NCBI RefSeq assembly: GCF_039654945.1
Contig: NW_027361738.1
Span: forward strand, 9,796,001-9,860,000
Source: Dendrobates tinctorius
Taxonomy: Eukaryota
Direction of reading: 5' to 3'
DNA: 64,000 nt
The notes beneath the pieces were generated by a model that saw only the letters and a list, made by a program, of their open reading frames with translations, was not told the DNA's origin and did not search any database. Positions within the stretch are counted from its first letter, which is position 1. Every line of letters starts with the position of its first letter. Shown here in pieces: positions 1-13,886 of the stretch. The position numbers and the translations under genes were made by a program.

Positions 1-1765
1 ATACAGGGCTCAGCAGTCAGTATCACGCAGGATAGGAATAGATACACAGCTCAGCAGTCAATATCACACAGGATAGGATTAGATACAGGGCTCAGCAGTC
101 AGTATCACACAGGAGAGGATTAGATACACAGCTCAGCAGTCAATATCACACAGGATAGGATTAGCTACACGGCTCAGCAGTCAGTATCACACAGGATAGG
201 AATAGACACACAGCTCAGCAGTCAATATCACACAGGATAGGATTAGATACACAGCTCAGCAGTCAGTATCACACAGGAGAGGATTAGACACACAGCTCAG
301 CAGTCAATATCACACAGGATAGGATTAGATACACAGCTCAGCAGTCAATATCACACAGGATAGGATTTGATACACGGCTCAGCAGTCAGTATCACACAGG
401 ATAGGATTAGATACACAGCTCAGCAGTCAGTATCACACAGGAGAGGATTAGACACACAGCTCAGCAGTCAGTATCACGCAGGATAGGAATAAATACTAAG
501 CTCAGCAGTCAGTATCACACAGGATAGGATTAGATACACAGCTCAGCAGTCAGTATCACGCCGGATAGGATTAGATACAGGGCTCAGCAGTCAGTATCAC
601 GCAGGATAGGAATAGATACACAGCTCAGCAGTCAATATCACACAGGATAGGATTAGATACAGGGCTCAGCAGTCAGTATCACACAGGATAGGATTAGATA
701 CACAGCTCAGCAGTCAATATCACACAGGATAGGATTAGCTACACGGCTCAGCAGTCAGTATCACACAGGATAGGATTAGATACACGGCTCAGCAGTCAGT
801 ATCACACAGAATATGATTAGATACACGGCTCAGCAGACAGTATCACACAGGATAGGATTAGATACACAGCTCAGCAGTCCGTATCACGCAGGATAGGAAT
901 AGATACACAGCTCAGCAGTCACTATCACACAGGATAGGATTAGATACACAGCTCAGCAGTCAGTATCACACAGGAGAGGATTAGACACACAGCTCAGCAG
1001 TCAATATCACACAGGATAGGATTAGATACACAGCTCAGCAGTCAATATCACACAGGATAGGATTTGATACACGGCTCAGCAGTCAGTATCACACAGGATA
1101 GGATTAGATACACAGCTCAGCAGTCAGTATCACACAGGAGAGGATTAGACACACAGCTCAGCAGTCAGTATCACACAGGATAGGAATAAATACACAGCTC
1201 AGCAGTCAGTATCACACAGGATAGGATTAGATACACAGCTCAGCAGTCAGTATCACGCAGGATAGGATTAGATACAGGGCTCAGCAGTCAGTATCACGCA
1301 GGATAGGAATAGATACACAGCTCAGCAGTCAATATCACACAGGATAGGATTAGATACAGGGCTCAGCAGTCAGTATCACACAGGATAGGATTAGATACAC
1401 AGCTCAGCAGTCAATATCACACAGGATAGGATTAGCTACACGGCTCAGCAGTCAGTATCACACAGGATAGGATTAGATACACGGCTCAGCAGTCAGTATC
1501 ACACAGAATATGATTAGATACACGGCTCAGCAGACAGTATCACACAGGATAGGAATAGATACACAGCTCAGCAGTCAGTATCACACAGGATAGGATTAGA
1601 TACACAGCTCAGCAGTCAGTATCACACAGGATAGGATTAGATACACAGCTCAGCAGACAGTATCACACAGAATAGGATTAGATACACAGCTCAGCAGTCA
1701 GTATCACACAGAATAGGATTAGATACACGACTCAGCAGTCAGTATCACACAGGATAGGATTAGAT
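1..1765. repeat. 41-bp tandem satellite array (~43 copies), truncated at window start
   Basis: Unit GCTCAGCAGTCAGTATCACACAGGATAGGATTAGATACACA recurs every 41 nt (e.g. at 8 and 49) with few substitutions. Confidence 0.97.
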
Positions 1766-1856
1766 GCATGTTTTTTGTGCAATATAATCATTATAATTTG
1801 TTATAACTAACCACAGTTGGTTACTATGCCCAGGCAACGCTGGGCTCTTCAGCTAG
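1..1856 (+). mobile_element. 3' end of a non-autonomous Helitron carrying the 41-bp array
   Basis: GC-rich hairpin GCCCAG-GCAACG-CTGGGC (1828-1845), then CTAG (1853-1856) and target T (1857): the canonical Helitron 3' terminus. Confidence 0.7.
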
Positions 1857-2052
1857 TTGTACATAAAGAGTCTGGTGTGGGAGGGGGCAGCTTCCTCAGC
1901 TCTGCTGTATTTCTAAATGTAAAAACTCAGATTGTATCTCAACTACTGCTCCCAGTAATCTAAGTGATGCATTGTTGAATTCAGCTTCTCTTTGCATACA
2001 TCAGGCTGCTCTCAGATGAGGTAGCAAAAACCTATTGACGGATTCCCTTTAA
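1857..2052. mobile_element. Right arm of a Kolobok/T2-like MITE
   Basis: Ends in TGACGGATTCCCT+TTAA (TTAA at 2049-2052), the reverse complement of the TTAA-AGGGAA start typical of amphibian T2 MITEs; left end not in window. Confidence 0.5.
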
Positions 2053-4671
2053 CTATAAATATGTGGTGGTATTGCTTGCCTTACAGAACTATGCAGGTAC
2101 TACATGGAAATATTACGTCGTTTTTGAAATCACTTAATATTTGGGAGCTGTGATGTGGTATTATGTGAGCATTGTGGGTGTATTATTGGGTCACTTCAAT
2201 TTCCACTATATGGTGATATAAATTTTACAATGGTCTGATAGGTTTATAGTGGTGCTACATAGTTGTATTTTTTGGCACTTTGAACATATTTTAAGAGAAT
2301 ATTATTAAAGTGACTATACTGGCTTAGAAAATATGAAAGAAGTAATAATCAATTTCACTGATGCTCCACAGCTCCTAAAAGCCTACCGGTCCTTAATAGC
2401 CCCGACTATCTGGTTCGGCCTCGACGTACCATAAATGGCCAATCAGCCGATTTATGACCTGTCCCAGCCAGTGACCAAAAAGAAGAAATCAGCTTGGAAA
2501 GACTTTGGTTCAGAATGCAAGCTGTTAGCATTGCTGAGAGTGTTACCTTTTTATTTATTCTGAGACCTTAATAATATTATTTTTGGTTTCCTGTGTCCAT
2601 TCTTGTCTTGCTAGTACCCAAAATGTAATTGGATCTGTCCCTTTTTAATCTACTGATAGCTATGCCTTTACAACACTTTTTATATGATTGTTATCCCAGG
2701 CTGTACCATTCTTGAGAGCAGATAAACCTCATGTGTGCTTAATTTGTGATTTACAGGATATGACATGGTATTAGATCAATGACCAAGTGTGACAGATTTT
2801 TTTTTTTTCAGTAATGCTACAAGGCCAGTACAGTGAGAAATTTTAAGAATATGAAAGGTAAACTCTACCAGACTGCAATATCATAAAAATGGTGAAAAAT
2901 ACTAGGGCCCAGGAATTTTACGTTATGCTGTCATCCTACTGGATTCTAGACATACACGTATGTCAAAAGCTAGACTAATTTCCTGCATCGTGGCATACTT
3001 ATGTGCACGTCCTGGGCGCATAGTTGTACCTGTGCCACCAGCTCCATGTATATTGCATTGGTCAGCCTTAGAGAAGCCTCAAAAATAATGATCACAAAGT
3101 CATAAAAAATAATTACGACCTATAGTTTTTAATTATCACACTCAAGGTTGATGTCATAATGAGTCCAACAGATGGCCTTCCAGGAAATATTCCAGTACAT
3201 TATGGTTGAAAAAAAATAGAAAGTGATGTCAAAAGTAAAAGTTTATCAACAGTGTAAAAATGTTAAAAAGCCATTATAAAACGTTAATAAATAAACACAT
3301 GCGGCATACTTAGAACCATAATAACCGTTACTATTTTACTATAGCTTTTTTTAATGACCAGCGAAAAATTTTAATATAAAATTAATCTGTTTTCTGGAAT
3401 TGCCCCAGAACATACTTTTACATAACTTAAATTTGCTAACTAATACATAAATGTTAACTTCAATAAACAAGGCCTCATACAGTTACGTTGATATTGCTAA
3501 CATATAAGAAATAGAACAAAAAGAGGTAAAAGTGAAAAAAATAAAAATGGTCACTACATGTCCAATATTAAAGTTCAATAAAAATAGAACTGAATTTAAA
3601 TTACTGCATATTATCAAAAACATATACCGTAAATAATGTGTTTTAGAAATTTTCTAAAATAGAAAAAGATTAGCAACGTGGAACATTTAGGCAAAATAAA
3701 GTAAAAGAATACACATTTGGAAGCAAGCTATGACATGCTTTATTGTCAATAAAATACTATTACCAAGTCTTTTTCTTACATTTTTAACAGAGCATTGCTA
3801 AAGAAGTATAATTGCATATTTTTATGACAGATTACTTAGAAAGTTAATGACAGTTAAAATTATGAAATCTAAGTGGTCCATTTTCTAACAAGTTAGGCTT
3901 GTGCTGGCCTTACAAAGAGTAGTCTGTTCCAAACTTCATAGAGCTGCACAAGAAAAGAACATAAGAATTGTCCGTCAAGTTGTCCTATCCGCACCCTCAT
4001 GTTAGTTAAAGTCAAGTATCAATAATGTGAAGGTCAAACCGATTGAAATAGAGCTGACCCTACATTTTTAGCATATTTATTAACGTAATGTGCTGTTGTT
4101 GCTTACAGATGGGTTTCTGATATGAATTACTTTGGCTTATTTGTTTCCCATTAAGTTTTTCCTTAAACATAAGCCTCCATACATAGTCCGATCTCTTCAA
4201 TGAGTGCAGGTATACCCTCCCCTCTCCCCCTTCATTATTATTAAAAAAAATAATTCTTGTAGCGTTTATATCTAAATATTCCAATGGCTAAGTGTCTGGT
4301 TTGGACCAGTGCATCAAAAATCAACCGTTTTTACACCCAGAAAAACTGACGACTCTTCATCAGTATGGTGTTCTACGAGTAATGTATACATGCATTTTTC
4401 CCATTTCTATGTAATCTGCATAACAACCTTTTTAACATTCACAATTACAAAAATACTAAAAGGCCCAATTTAATTTTGCCATGTATTGATTGCCAAGTCT
4501 TAACGAAAAATGGAGCAATATGGATTTTATTTTTTTTACTCATTTAACGCAATGTCCAATTCTAATCTGAAAAATGGAAGAGACTGGTGTATGCTGTGAT
4601 TTTTTTTTTTCGGCACAGTCTAACAATCCTTGTAGGAAAGCATTTGGGAAAACTGGGACATTGATTCACAT

Positions 4672-5602
4672 GTGTCCTTGTGCTGTCCCTGTGCTGTCCC
4701 TGTATTGCCCTTGTGCTGTACCCGTGCTGTCCCTGTGTTGTCCCTGTGCTGTCCTTGTGCTGTCCCTGTGTTGTCCCTGTGTTGTCCCTGTGCTATCCTC
4801 ATGCTGTCCCTGTGCTGTCCTTGTGCCATCCCTGTGCTATCTCTGTTCTGCCCCTGTGCTGCCCCTGTACTGTCCTTGTGTTGTCCTTGTGCCTTCCCAG
4901 TGCTGTCCCTGTGTTGTCCTCGTGCTGTCCCTGTGCTGTCCTTTTTGTTGTCCCTGTGTTGTCCCTGTGCTATCCCTGTGTTGTCCCTGTGCTGTCCCTT
5001 TGTTGTGCCTATGCTGTCCCTGTGTTGTTCCTGTGTTGTCCCTGTGCTGTCCTTGTGCCTTCCCAGTGCTGTCCCTGTGCTGTCCTTGTGCTGTCCCTGT
5101 GCTGTCCCTGTGTTGTCCCTGTGCTGTCCCTGTGTTGTCCCTGTGCTGTCCCTGTGTTGTCCCTGTGCTGTCCTTGTGCCTTCCCAGTGCTGTCCCTGTG
5201 TTGTTCCTGTGCTGTCCCTGTGCTGTCCTTGTGCTGTCCCTGTGCTGTCCTTGTGCTGTCCCTGTGTTGTCACTGTGCTGTCCCTGTGTTGTCCCTGTGC
5301 TGTCCCTGTGCTGTCCTTGTGCCTTCCCAGTGCTGTTCCTGTGTTGTCCCTGTGCTGTCCCTGTGCTGTCCTTGTGCTGTCCCTGTGCTGTCCCTGTGCT
5401 GTCCCTGTGTTGTCCCTGTTCTGTCCCTGTGTTGTCCCTGTTCTGTCCCTGTGTTGTCCCTGTGCTGTCCCTGTGCTGTCCCTGTGTTGTCCCTGTGCTG
5501 TCCCTTTTCTGTCTCTGTGTTGTCCCTGTGCTGTCCCTGTCCTGTCCCTGTGCTGTCCTTGTGCTGACTTTGTTGTGTTCCTGTGCTGTCCTTGTGCTGT
5601 CT
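4672..5602. repeat. 11-bp minisatellite (TGTCCCTGTGC)n, ~85 copies
   Basis: Direct periodicity; explains the Cys/Pro-rich and GQHRD-rich pseudo-ORFs at 4574-5684. Confidence 0.95.
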
Positions 5603-6651
5603 GTTTTTCACACCGAGAACACGTAGACGAAATAAGAAAACCGCCTAAGAGACATGTTTTACCTAATTGATCATTTATGGACAAAACAGATCATGCTAAT
5701 AGGTCAATTGTTGCTATGCTTATACTATGCGTTACTATGCTTAGGCATTTTTAGAATTTTTGCACTCCATCTGCTTTATTAGTTTTTGCTTTCTTTTATA
5801 TTATCTTTAACTTCTTTAGCTTCAATGAGAAAAAAATATTTATGGCTATTTTACTACTTATTTGACCATAATTGTACTTTTTTTCTGGAAATCCTTTTCT
5901 AATGATTCATAAAATACACAGTATAAAACATGATCATTATTATTATTTAACATACACCATGATATATTTATATTATTGTGATTGTGTTAAAAGCAGACAT
6001 TTTCTTTGGCTGAACAATAATATTTATATCCTTATGAAGGCCTTGTTATTACTACTTCCTTATATTTTAAATATGTCTTGTGGGGAAAAAAACCATAAAG
6101 ATTATAATTATTTTATAGATCCAAATCAATTCTGAGGGATGCATGTTAAAAATACGTACATTCAGACAGGGATTTTTTTTTTCGTGAAATACTAAAAAGA
6201 TAATTTTTACTATTGGTTTCATTCATATTTTGGGTGGGGGTAAAAGACTCTATTTACCTAAACGTTAAAAATGTTATGTTAACTCTGATCAGCTGAGAGG
6301 AGCTCAGAAAAAGACAGATAAAAGAGTTCCATATGCCCCATCATCATATCAAGCAGAAGAGCAGATTCTTGGTTAACTCATTTTTCAGCCAGCACTTTAG
6401 CAACACAAACGTTATAGAAATCAAGAATTATCATTTGTTTACCTTAACCCAATTCCATCAATTATTTTAGCTCTAATTACATGCATTTAAGTAAACAAAC
6501 TGCTCCCCACAAAGTGGAAAAGCATTGATGCTGTTCATAGGGGCATTTTTGGCCAATCCTCTTTGCATATGATAAGGCCTCATGCACATAATTTTTTTAT
6601 ATGTGTGTAATGTATGTTTTTACAGCCGTATATGCATAAATCAGTATATTT

Positions 6652-7167
6652 CTATGTTCACACTTTTTATGCTCTTTTTTCCACAGGCAAAACCTGCTCT
6701 CTTGGCAGTAAAGAAGCAACACCAAAAAAAGCAGGTTTTGATGAGTGTTTGCCATGTTTTTAGGAATTTTTGGTGTGTTTTTTACTGCGTTTTTTGGGGG
6801 CTACATTTGTCTCTTGTGCATGCTGATTAAGTTTAGGGCATAAAAAATAATCTGATTCAACGTTATCAGTTTTGGCACCAAAAATACAGCAAAACCTGAT
6901 ACCTGCATTTTTTGCAGCGTTTTTGCACTACCCATTGCTTTCAATGGGTGAAAAATGCTGAAAAAATAACGCTGAAAGAAATGACATGCTGCATTTTTGC
7001 TAAAACGCTGCTTTTTGACAAAACAGTCAGGAAAAAAAATAAGGTGTGTGCATGGGGTTTCTGAAGTCTCATAGACTTTGCTGGTACTGTGAACCTCAGA
7101 TGAATATTTGCATGAAAAAAAGCATTAAAAAAAAAACGCTGCAAAAACTAAACATGTGAACATAGCC
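6652..7167. mobile_element. PIF/Harbinger-like MITE
   Basis: Inverted termini CTATGTTCACA (6652) and TGTGAACATAGCC (to 7167) followed by TAA; internal AAAACGC/GCGTTTT sub-repeats. Confidence 0.55.
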
Positions 7168-8482
7168 TAAGAGTGAGGGGTGAAGGCTAAAATCTGTTCA
7201 TGGAATTCAAAGGCAACAGAAAACAAGGCACCTCATAAAAATAATATAAAAATAATATTTATTTGTATTTGAGCTTATGTGAAAAAGAATCAGTTAAAAT
7301 AGACAGAAAATAAATGGAAATGTAAAAGAACAGCACAAAATGCTGATATGAATACTGAGCTAGATGAAGACAAAACCATCCACTCTACGTTTTACGTCTG
7401 TTTAGCTCTGTATAGTAAATTATTACCCACAAGGTAATGTGCATAAGGACTAGGTTTCAGAGAAACAAAAGAAATTGTTTTGTATGATCTGCTATTGTTG
7501 ATTGATTGGTTTGTGTTTTTGTTTGTTTGTTTGTTTGTTTGTTTGATTGTGTGTTTATTTTTTGTGGGGGGGTTGCAAATATATAAATGTAAATATATAT
7601 TATATATATATATCAAATGCAAACAATAATATCTTATTCATTTTGAAGTTTTTAAAAATATGATTAAATTCAAAATGCTGTTAACATGTCAGGTTTTATT
7701 TGTATTTTTTATTTATTTATTTAGAAACCAGTTAAATTCTTATTTTGTACGAATTTTGCACAAACAAAATGTGCAAATCAAAATAAAAGCACAAGTGTGA
7801 AAGTTTCTTACCTGTGTATTGTAAGCATGTAGTTATGGGGAAAAAATGTGACTATGATTATAAAAGCTGAATTTTCAAAATAATATTTTTTGTTGTAAAA
7901 AAAAGACATATTTCACCTTTATGGGACCATAAAGGGAATGTTTAGCGATGTCTCTGTGATAACAAAATGCCAAAATTCTATGTATCTGATGTAAAAACAT
8001 CACTGCTGACTGCCATGCTTTGTAACATATTTACTCCTTTGTTGTATTTCATCACACTTCATATATGACCAAAACTGTCAAAACTAATAAAAAAAAAAGA
8101 ATAAAATATATCCCTGTGTACCTATTATTACTGATGATGCAGTGAAGGAACACAGAAATCTTCAAAGGCTACACAATTGTATACTTTATACTATATGAAG
8201 AGAGTGTTTGTTGCTTGTATTGATCATCTGTTATTTCTCTGTTTATTCTTTTTCAAGATTTTCATGTATAATATTTATGTATTAAATTAAAGTGACACAG
8301 GTTTGAGATATTCTGATTATTTTGGTTATTTACCACAGATTACTACATTTGGAAATATTACCGGTGAGCAGTGTAATCTTCCCAAAGAGATGCTCGGGTT
8401 ACAGTGACCTGGGGAAGGAGAATTAAATCTAATCTTCTATCTTAAAACTTGCCAAAAAAGAAATATCTGTTCTCCATATAAA

Positions 8483-8540
<58 letters not shown>

Positions 8541-8762
8541 GGCTACCAGGGAAACTCCACAAAATAGGTCAGATTTGAAGGAGCTAAGTTCTGTATACAC
8601 ATATGCACCGTCAAATAGATGTCTCCATCTACTCACCAGCAGAGAGATATGAGGAGCAGATCATCTGCAGAGCTCAGCCAGATCTGGATTTACTGCCATT
8701 CCTAGATCACCTGGACCTTAATCACAGTGGTAACTGTTTCTCGGCTTGTGATTACTACAGTG

Positions 8763-8813
<51 letters not shown>

Positions 8814-8959
8814 ATAACCAGAGGTCATCACATCCTAAATAATGCATTTTATTATTAATTATACATTAGTGTCACCAAAAACATCTAATATAAAGCAGAT
8901 TATTTACACAACTGTCCATATCACATACCACAAAGAATAAAGATGGAAGGTAGGTAGAT

Positions 8960-9299
8960 GATATTTAGAAAGATAGATAATGATACATAGATATAGAGAT
9001 ATTAGATAGATACATAATAGATAGATAGATAGATAGATAATAGATCGCTAAATAGAGAGAGAGCTAGATATATCTGATAGATAACACACACACACTAGAT
9101 AGATAGATAGATAGATATGGGATGGATAGATAGATAGATAGATACATAGATACATAGATACATAGATAGATAGGGGATAGATAGATAGATATGGCATGTA
9201 TAGATAGATAGATAGATAGATAGGTAGATAGATAGATATGGGATGGATAGATAGATAGATAGATACATAGATAGATAGGGGATAGATAGATAGATATGG

Positions 9300-9341
<42 letters not shown>

Positions 9342-9370
9342 AATAGATAGATAATTGACAGATAGATAGA
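8960..9370. repeat. Compound (GATA)n microsatellite. Similar tracts near 9806-9876, 10628-10691, 15948-16145, 22087-22148, 23685-23730, 37134-37385 and 52717-52767
   Basis: Direct inspection. Confidence 0.95.
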
Positions 9371-9817
9371 ACTCTGTTAAATATTTAACTCTTACAATTA
9401 TTTCGCTTATAAACAGACTTTCTTAGGAGACATCCAGATGTATTTTCATGGACCACAGATTCATGTCGTGTCATTAGGAATTTATTTACGTATATGTAAA
9501 TAACTATGAACTTCTTTACTGTGATTCTGATATATAATGTAGTTTTTTTAGTGCATTTGTTTACTGAATTTTCTGACTTTTTTATTATATTTTTGACGAT
9601 TTTAGAAAAGATGTCTTCCTTTCTGTACTCCAGTATATTTTCTGAAATTCCAGCAATTGCATGTAAAGATTAACCCAGTTATAGCATCTATAGCATCTGT
9701 GGAGTGTGCACAGCATTGTCTCTGTCACTCCATGCAGAACAAGAATGTAAGAGTAAATAAATACAGAATTAAAGGAGATATTCTCTATTGTTTTGGGGGG
9801 TTAAGATAGATAGATCT

Positions 9818-9879
<62 letters not shown>

Positions 9880-10625
9880 TGTAATATATTGATCAACATC
9901 ATTAGCAAATGACAGATTTTAATTCATTAGATATTTAATCCCCTAAAATGGCTGTCAATCAAAAGCAATAATAGAAGCAGCGATTGCGATGAGTCTGGGT
10001 TATCTGGTTACAGACATATCCTTTCCACACGATCCTCCCATTGATTTAAATAGACATAAACCCGATGAACAAAAACACTTTGCATTAGTTATAAAAAAAA
10101 AAAAAATCAGGCTTTTTTGCCACTTTTGCTTCTTAATGGCTTCCCACTGACTGAATGCAATGAATTCAAGATGTGAGTATTCCCGCTACCCTAGAGAACA
10201 GGCTGGAGACATCTCTCCCTGGTCGCTGTGACAGGTATGTTGTCAAAACAAGATGAATGCAGCTCAATCATTGATATCAGGTGTAAAAAAATATTGTCAA
10301 CTTAGTTGTCACCATTTGTGCCAGGATCCAATACAATATGGTTTCTAAACCCGTGCTAGTAAAAGCGGTGAGCTCTCTATGTATGAAGACCGGGGAGGGG
10401 AGCAGAGTGATGTGATCAGGCCTTAAAGTGTCCTGGTGGCTGATTTATTATTTTATCATCAAATAATAGACCCTATGGAATATGGATGAGTCAACTATAC
10501 TAACTGGACTGAGGCAGGAGCGCAGCAGCCCTTCACTAAGTATTTGTAGGAAGGCCAGTGATCGAAATATAGATTAGATGGCAGCCACCAGCTTCTATTT
10601 GAAATTAGATAAATAAATAACTAAC

Positions 10626-10691
<66 letters not shown>

Positions 10692-10692
<1 letters not shown>

Positions 10693-10841
10693 AAATCAGG
10701 CAGCACTCCAGTTCAAGGAAAAATTATGGACTTTAATCCAGCACCAAGTGGTGCAACGTTTCGACCTCACAGCACGGTCAAAACGTTGCACCAGGATGAA
10801 ACTCCACAATTTTTCCTTGAACTGGAGTGCTGCCTGATTTT
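10692..10841. mobile_element. Palindromic Penelope-like (PLE) remnant next to (GATA)n
   Basis: Long inverted arms AAAATCAGGCAGCACTCCAGTTCAAGGAAAAATT...AATTTTTCCTTGAACTGGAGTGCTGCCTGATTTT; central CAACGTTTCGACC motif; homologous to the 62703-62850 element. Confidence 0.6.
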
Positions 10842-13604
10842 TTTTCCATNNNNNNNNNNNNNNNNNNNNNNNNNNNNNNNNNNNNNNNNNNNNNNNNNNN
10901 NNNNNNNNNNNNNNNNNNNNNNNNNNNNNNNNNNNNNNNNNNNNNNNNNNNNNNNNNNNNNNNNNNNNNNNNNNNNNNNNNNNNNNNNNNNNNNNNNNNN
11001 NNNNNNNNNNNNNNNNNNNNNNNNNNNNNNNNNNNNNNNNNNNNNNNNNNNNNNNNNNNNNNNNNNNNNNNNNNNNNNNNNNNNNNNNNNNNNNNNNNNN
11101 NNNNNNNNNNNNNNNNNNNNNNNNNNNNNNNNNNNNNNNNNNNNNNNNNNNNNNNNNNNNNNNNNNNNNNNNNNNNNTATTTCATGTGTGTGTTCATACA
11201 CTTGTATCTTTCCCAAATAGCAGACAAAATTGTGGAATATAGCTGGAAACCGAAACCTTGAACTCTCCTCAGTAGTAAAATAGAATGAATGTCAAAGTTG
11301 ATGCCTTTACAAGCGGAGTGTCCCTGACTGGAGCAGATTAAACATTAATCCAAACGAGTATGCAGCAGGCAGTGCTATGTGAGCACATAGTATGTGATAA
11401 CAGAGCCTGCATTCTTCTAAATACCATCTATCCTTATATCTTGCACATTTCAGCAACTTTCATGACAGAATGTAGTGTCTATAGGAAGAGATAATTTGGG
11501 GGGGGGGGAAGCATTATCACCATATTAGAGTCCAAATCTGCTAATGACACAATCAACTTAATACTATTATCTGTGAAGACATCTAGTGGAAAGTTTGGGC
11601 AACTACATTGGTTTTACAATGCCTATGATCAGTATGGAGCAGAACATAGATGAGGCCGCCGCTTACCTTACCGCTGCTGTGCGCACTGTGTGCACTGTGA
11701 CTATATCACCCTCTGTATTGGGTGGCACTGACGGGCCCCAGCCATATCAGGCCATCCATGTACTGTGTCCTCTCTGGGAAAAGTTTTCTTTTGTTAGCAG
11801 AGCAGAGGATTACACAGAGGAAATGCCCGGAGACGGTGACTCATAGCCACAGCAGTTCTGAGATAGCTGATGCTCTTCCTTTAGCCCATTGTGGCTGGAT
11901 GTTGTGTAGGCCTCACACAGGCACCATAGCTAGGAGAAGCTGTGGCATCTCCCTTCCCAATCTGAGCAGGTCACACGGACTTCTAATGAACAGAATGTTG
12001 TATTTACTTCTTATTAGTGCAACAAGAATTATTCTGAGCAAGTGAACACAAATGATTGTACTCCTTTTCTAGATAGATACATACATTATATACTATATAC
12101 ACAAGGTTTCCGTGAATCATACAAGCTCCTAATATCTTACAGTCCTGTCCTTTGCTTGCTTATGCTGTATATTGTTATTCTCAGTGATGCAGAATTTATT
12201 CTGATATCTCATGTGTTTTCCATGTACAGTTTTTATTATGACTTGTTTACCCATTGTAACTATATATTTCAGTTATTTCCCCTAATTATTGATTTTGAAA
12301 ACCACAGCAAAGCGAAGCTAGATTGTATTCCTTGCTATTATTACATTGATGAGGTTATAAAAGAATATAAGGAATATCAGAAATATTATCAGCAGTAGCC
12401 ATGCCAAGTAAGACTCCATAATATGAGAGCAGAGTGCTGAAATTGTGTGCTCATTAGGTAAAACTGCTGGTGAGGAAAATGAATGATAATAACACATTAA
12501 TCTAAAGGAGATTCCATTGTGACCACCATATATAGGAATTATTACATACTGTAGTATGTCTGTGTGTGCATGCATCTTTACCTATACAAATATATCACAT
12601 CTTCCATGAACTGGACGGAATTTAGGGTAAGGTTTCTTGCAAAAATCCCAAATAATGTGATATAGAACTTAGTGCTGAAGCATCAAAATCCTATCTGGTG
12701 TGTGCAGAAATTAGATAACCATAGCTAAAAATAAGATTGTGTGCCAGTTCCTTCTAATGGTGAGACCCTAGACACGAAATGTAGGCTGCATTCTAGATCA
12801 GGTAGCTGCTGCCCTCGAACACAGAGAAATGGTTGGTTACTGACATTTTAAAAGCATTTCTCTGCCTTAGGTTACATTAAATCCCATTAAAAGGCTGGAT
12901 GCTTTATACAGCTTTTTATATTGAAGAAATTGCTTGAATGGAAGGATGGAGGTAAAAGATTTCAATCTAATTCGCCTTTTCCTTTCTCAGCCTGATCTCA
13001 GTTTGGGATTTTAAAATTCATTGTTGAGTCAGGAAGACATTGTGTTGCTTATTATACAAAAACAAGGTCAATGTCTGATACCTACAGAAACGTGGGCAAT
13101 ACCTGATACTATAGGAATAGGAATATCACATACTCAAAAAATCCACTAAATTTCAGTCTAAAATGATGCCCATGTGGGTCTCATATTTGTATGTGATCAG
13201 CAATGTATTATATATCAAGTATTAATGTACAATTAGTCTTATCTAAATGGGAATTCACTTGATAAAATCTAGTGGGACAATAATTACTCAACCATAGCAC
13301 ATTCTTTCCGTCTTGATCCCCCCAGCCCTTTGTTTCCAAAAGTTATCCAGCCATCCTGGTCAAAAACACTAACGTCTCAGGTCAGACAAAGAAAAGGGTC
13401 CCAAATTGCAGAGCAGGAGAAAAGCCTTTGAAGAAAACCACTTCCTTACACCAGGGGTAAGACAAAACATGGCTGTTAAACTTGAACTTCAGAGGAATGA
13501 ATGGGTGTACTTTGCAGGACTGAGAAGGAGATGGGTGGATGGATGGATGGATAGATAGATAGATAGATAGAAGACTATATAAGAAATATAGGACAAATAA
13601 GGGA

Positions 13605-13648
<44 letters not shown>

Positions 13649-13808
13649 GATCAGAATAATCCCTGACATGTTTAAATCAGTGAAAAATATATATCTATTT
13701 ATATATATGGATAGATAGATAAGTATGTATATATATTATATTCAGATAAATAAATAGGTAGACATATGCATCTAAAATATGTGTGTATGTGTGTGTGATA
13801 TGTATATA

Positions 13809-13886
13809 TACTGCTCAAAAAAATAAAGGGAACACATCCTAGTACATTGTGTTGTTTAAGTGTTCCCTTTATTGTTTTGAGCAGTA
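13809..13886. mobile_element. ~78-bp Tc1/mariner-type mini-MITE in TA tract (copy 1)
   Basis: [30 protein letters not shown] / GTGTTCCCTTTATTGTTTTGAGCAGTA, flanked by TA. Confidence 0.75.

Noticed and set aside
1-1765. CRISPR-like regular repeats
   Set aside because: Units are head-to-tail with no unique spacers; vertebrate DNA with no cas genes.
2480-2525. TGGTTCAGAAT as a possible HoxA14 WFQN remnant
   Set aside because: Needs a frameshift and the flanking translation shows no homeodomain similarity; consistent with chance. A tBLASTn with coelacanth HoxA14 would settle it.
2880-3560. Possible decayed piggyBac-like element
   Set aside because: Only a vague resemblance; no TIR/TTAA pair could be located.
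4574-5684. Long Cys-rich / GQHRD-repeat ORFs on both strands
   Set aside because: Translations of an 11-bp minisatellite, open in several frames because the unit has no stop codon; no unique coding sequence.
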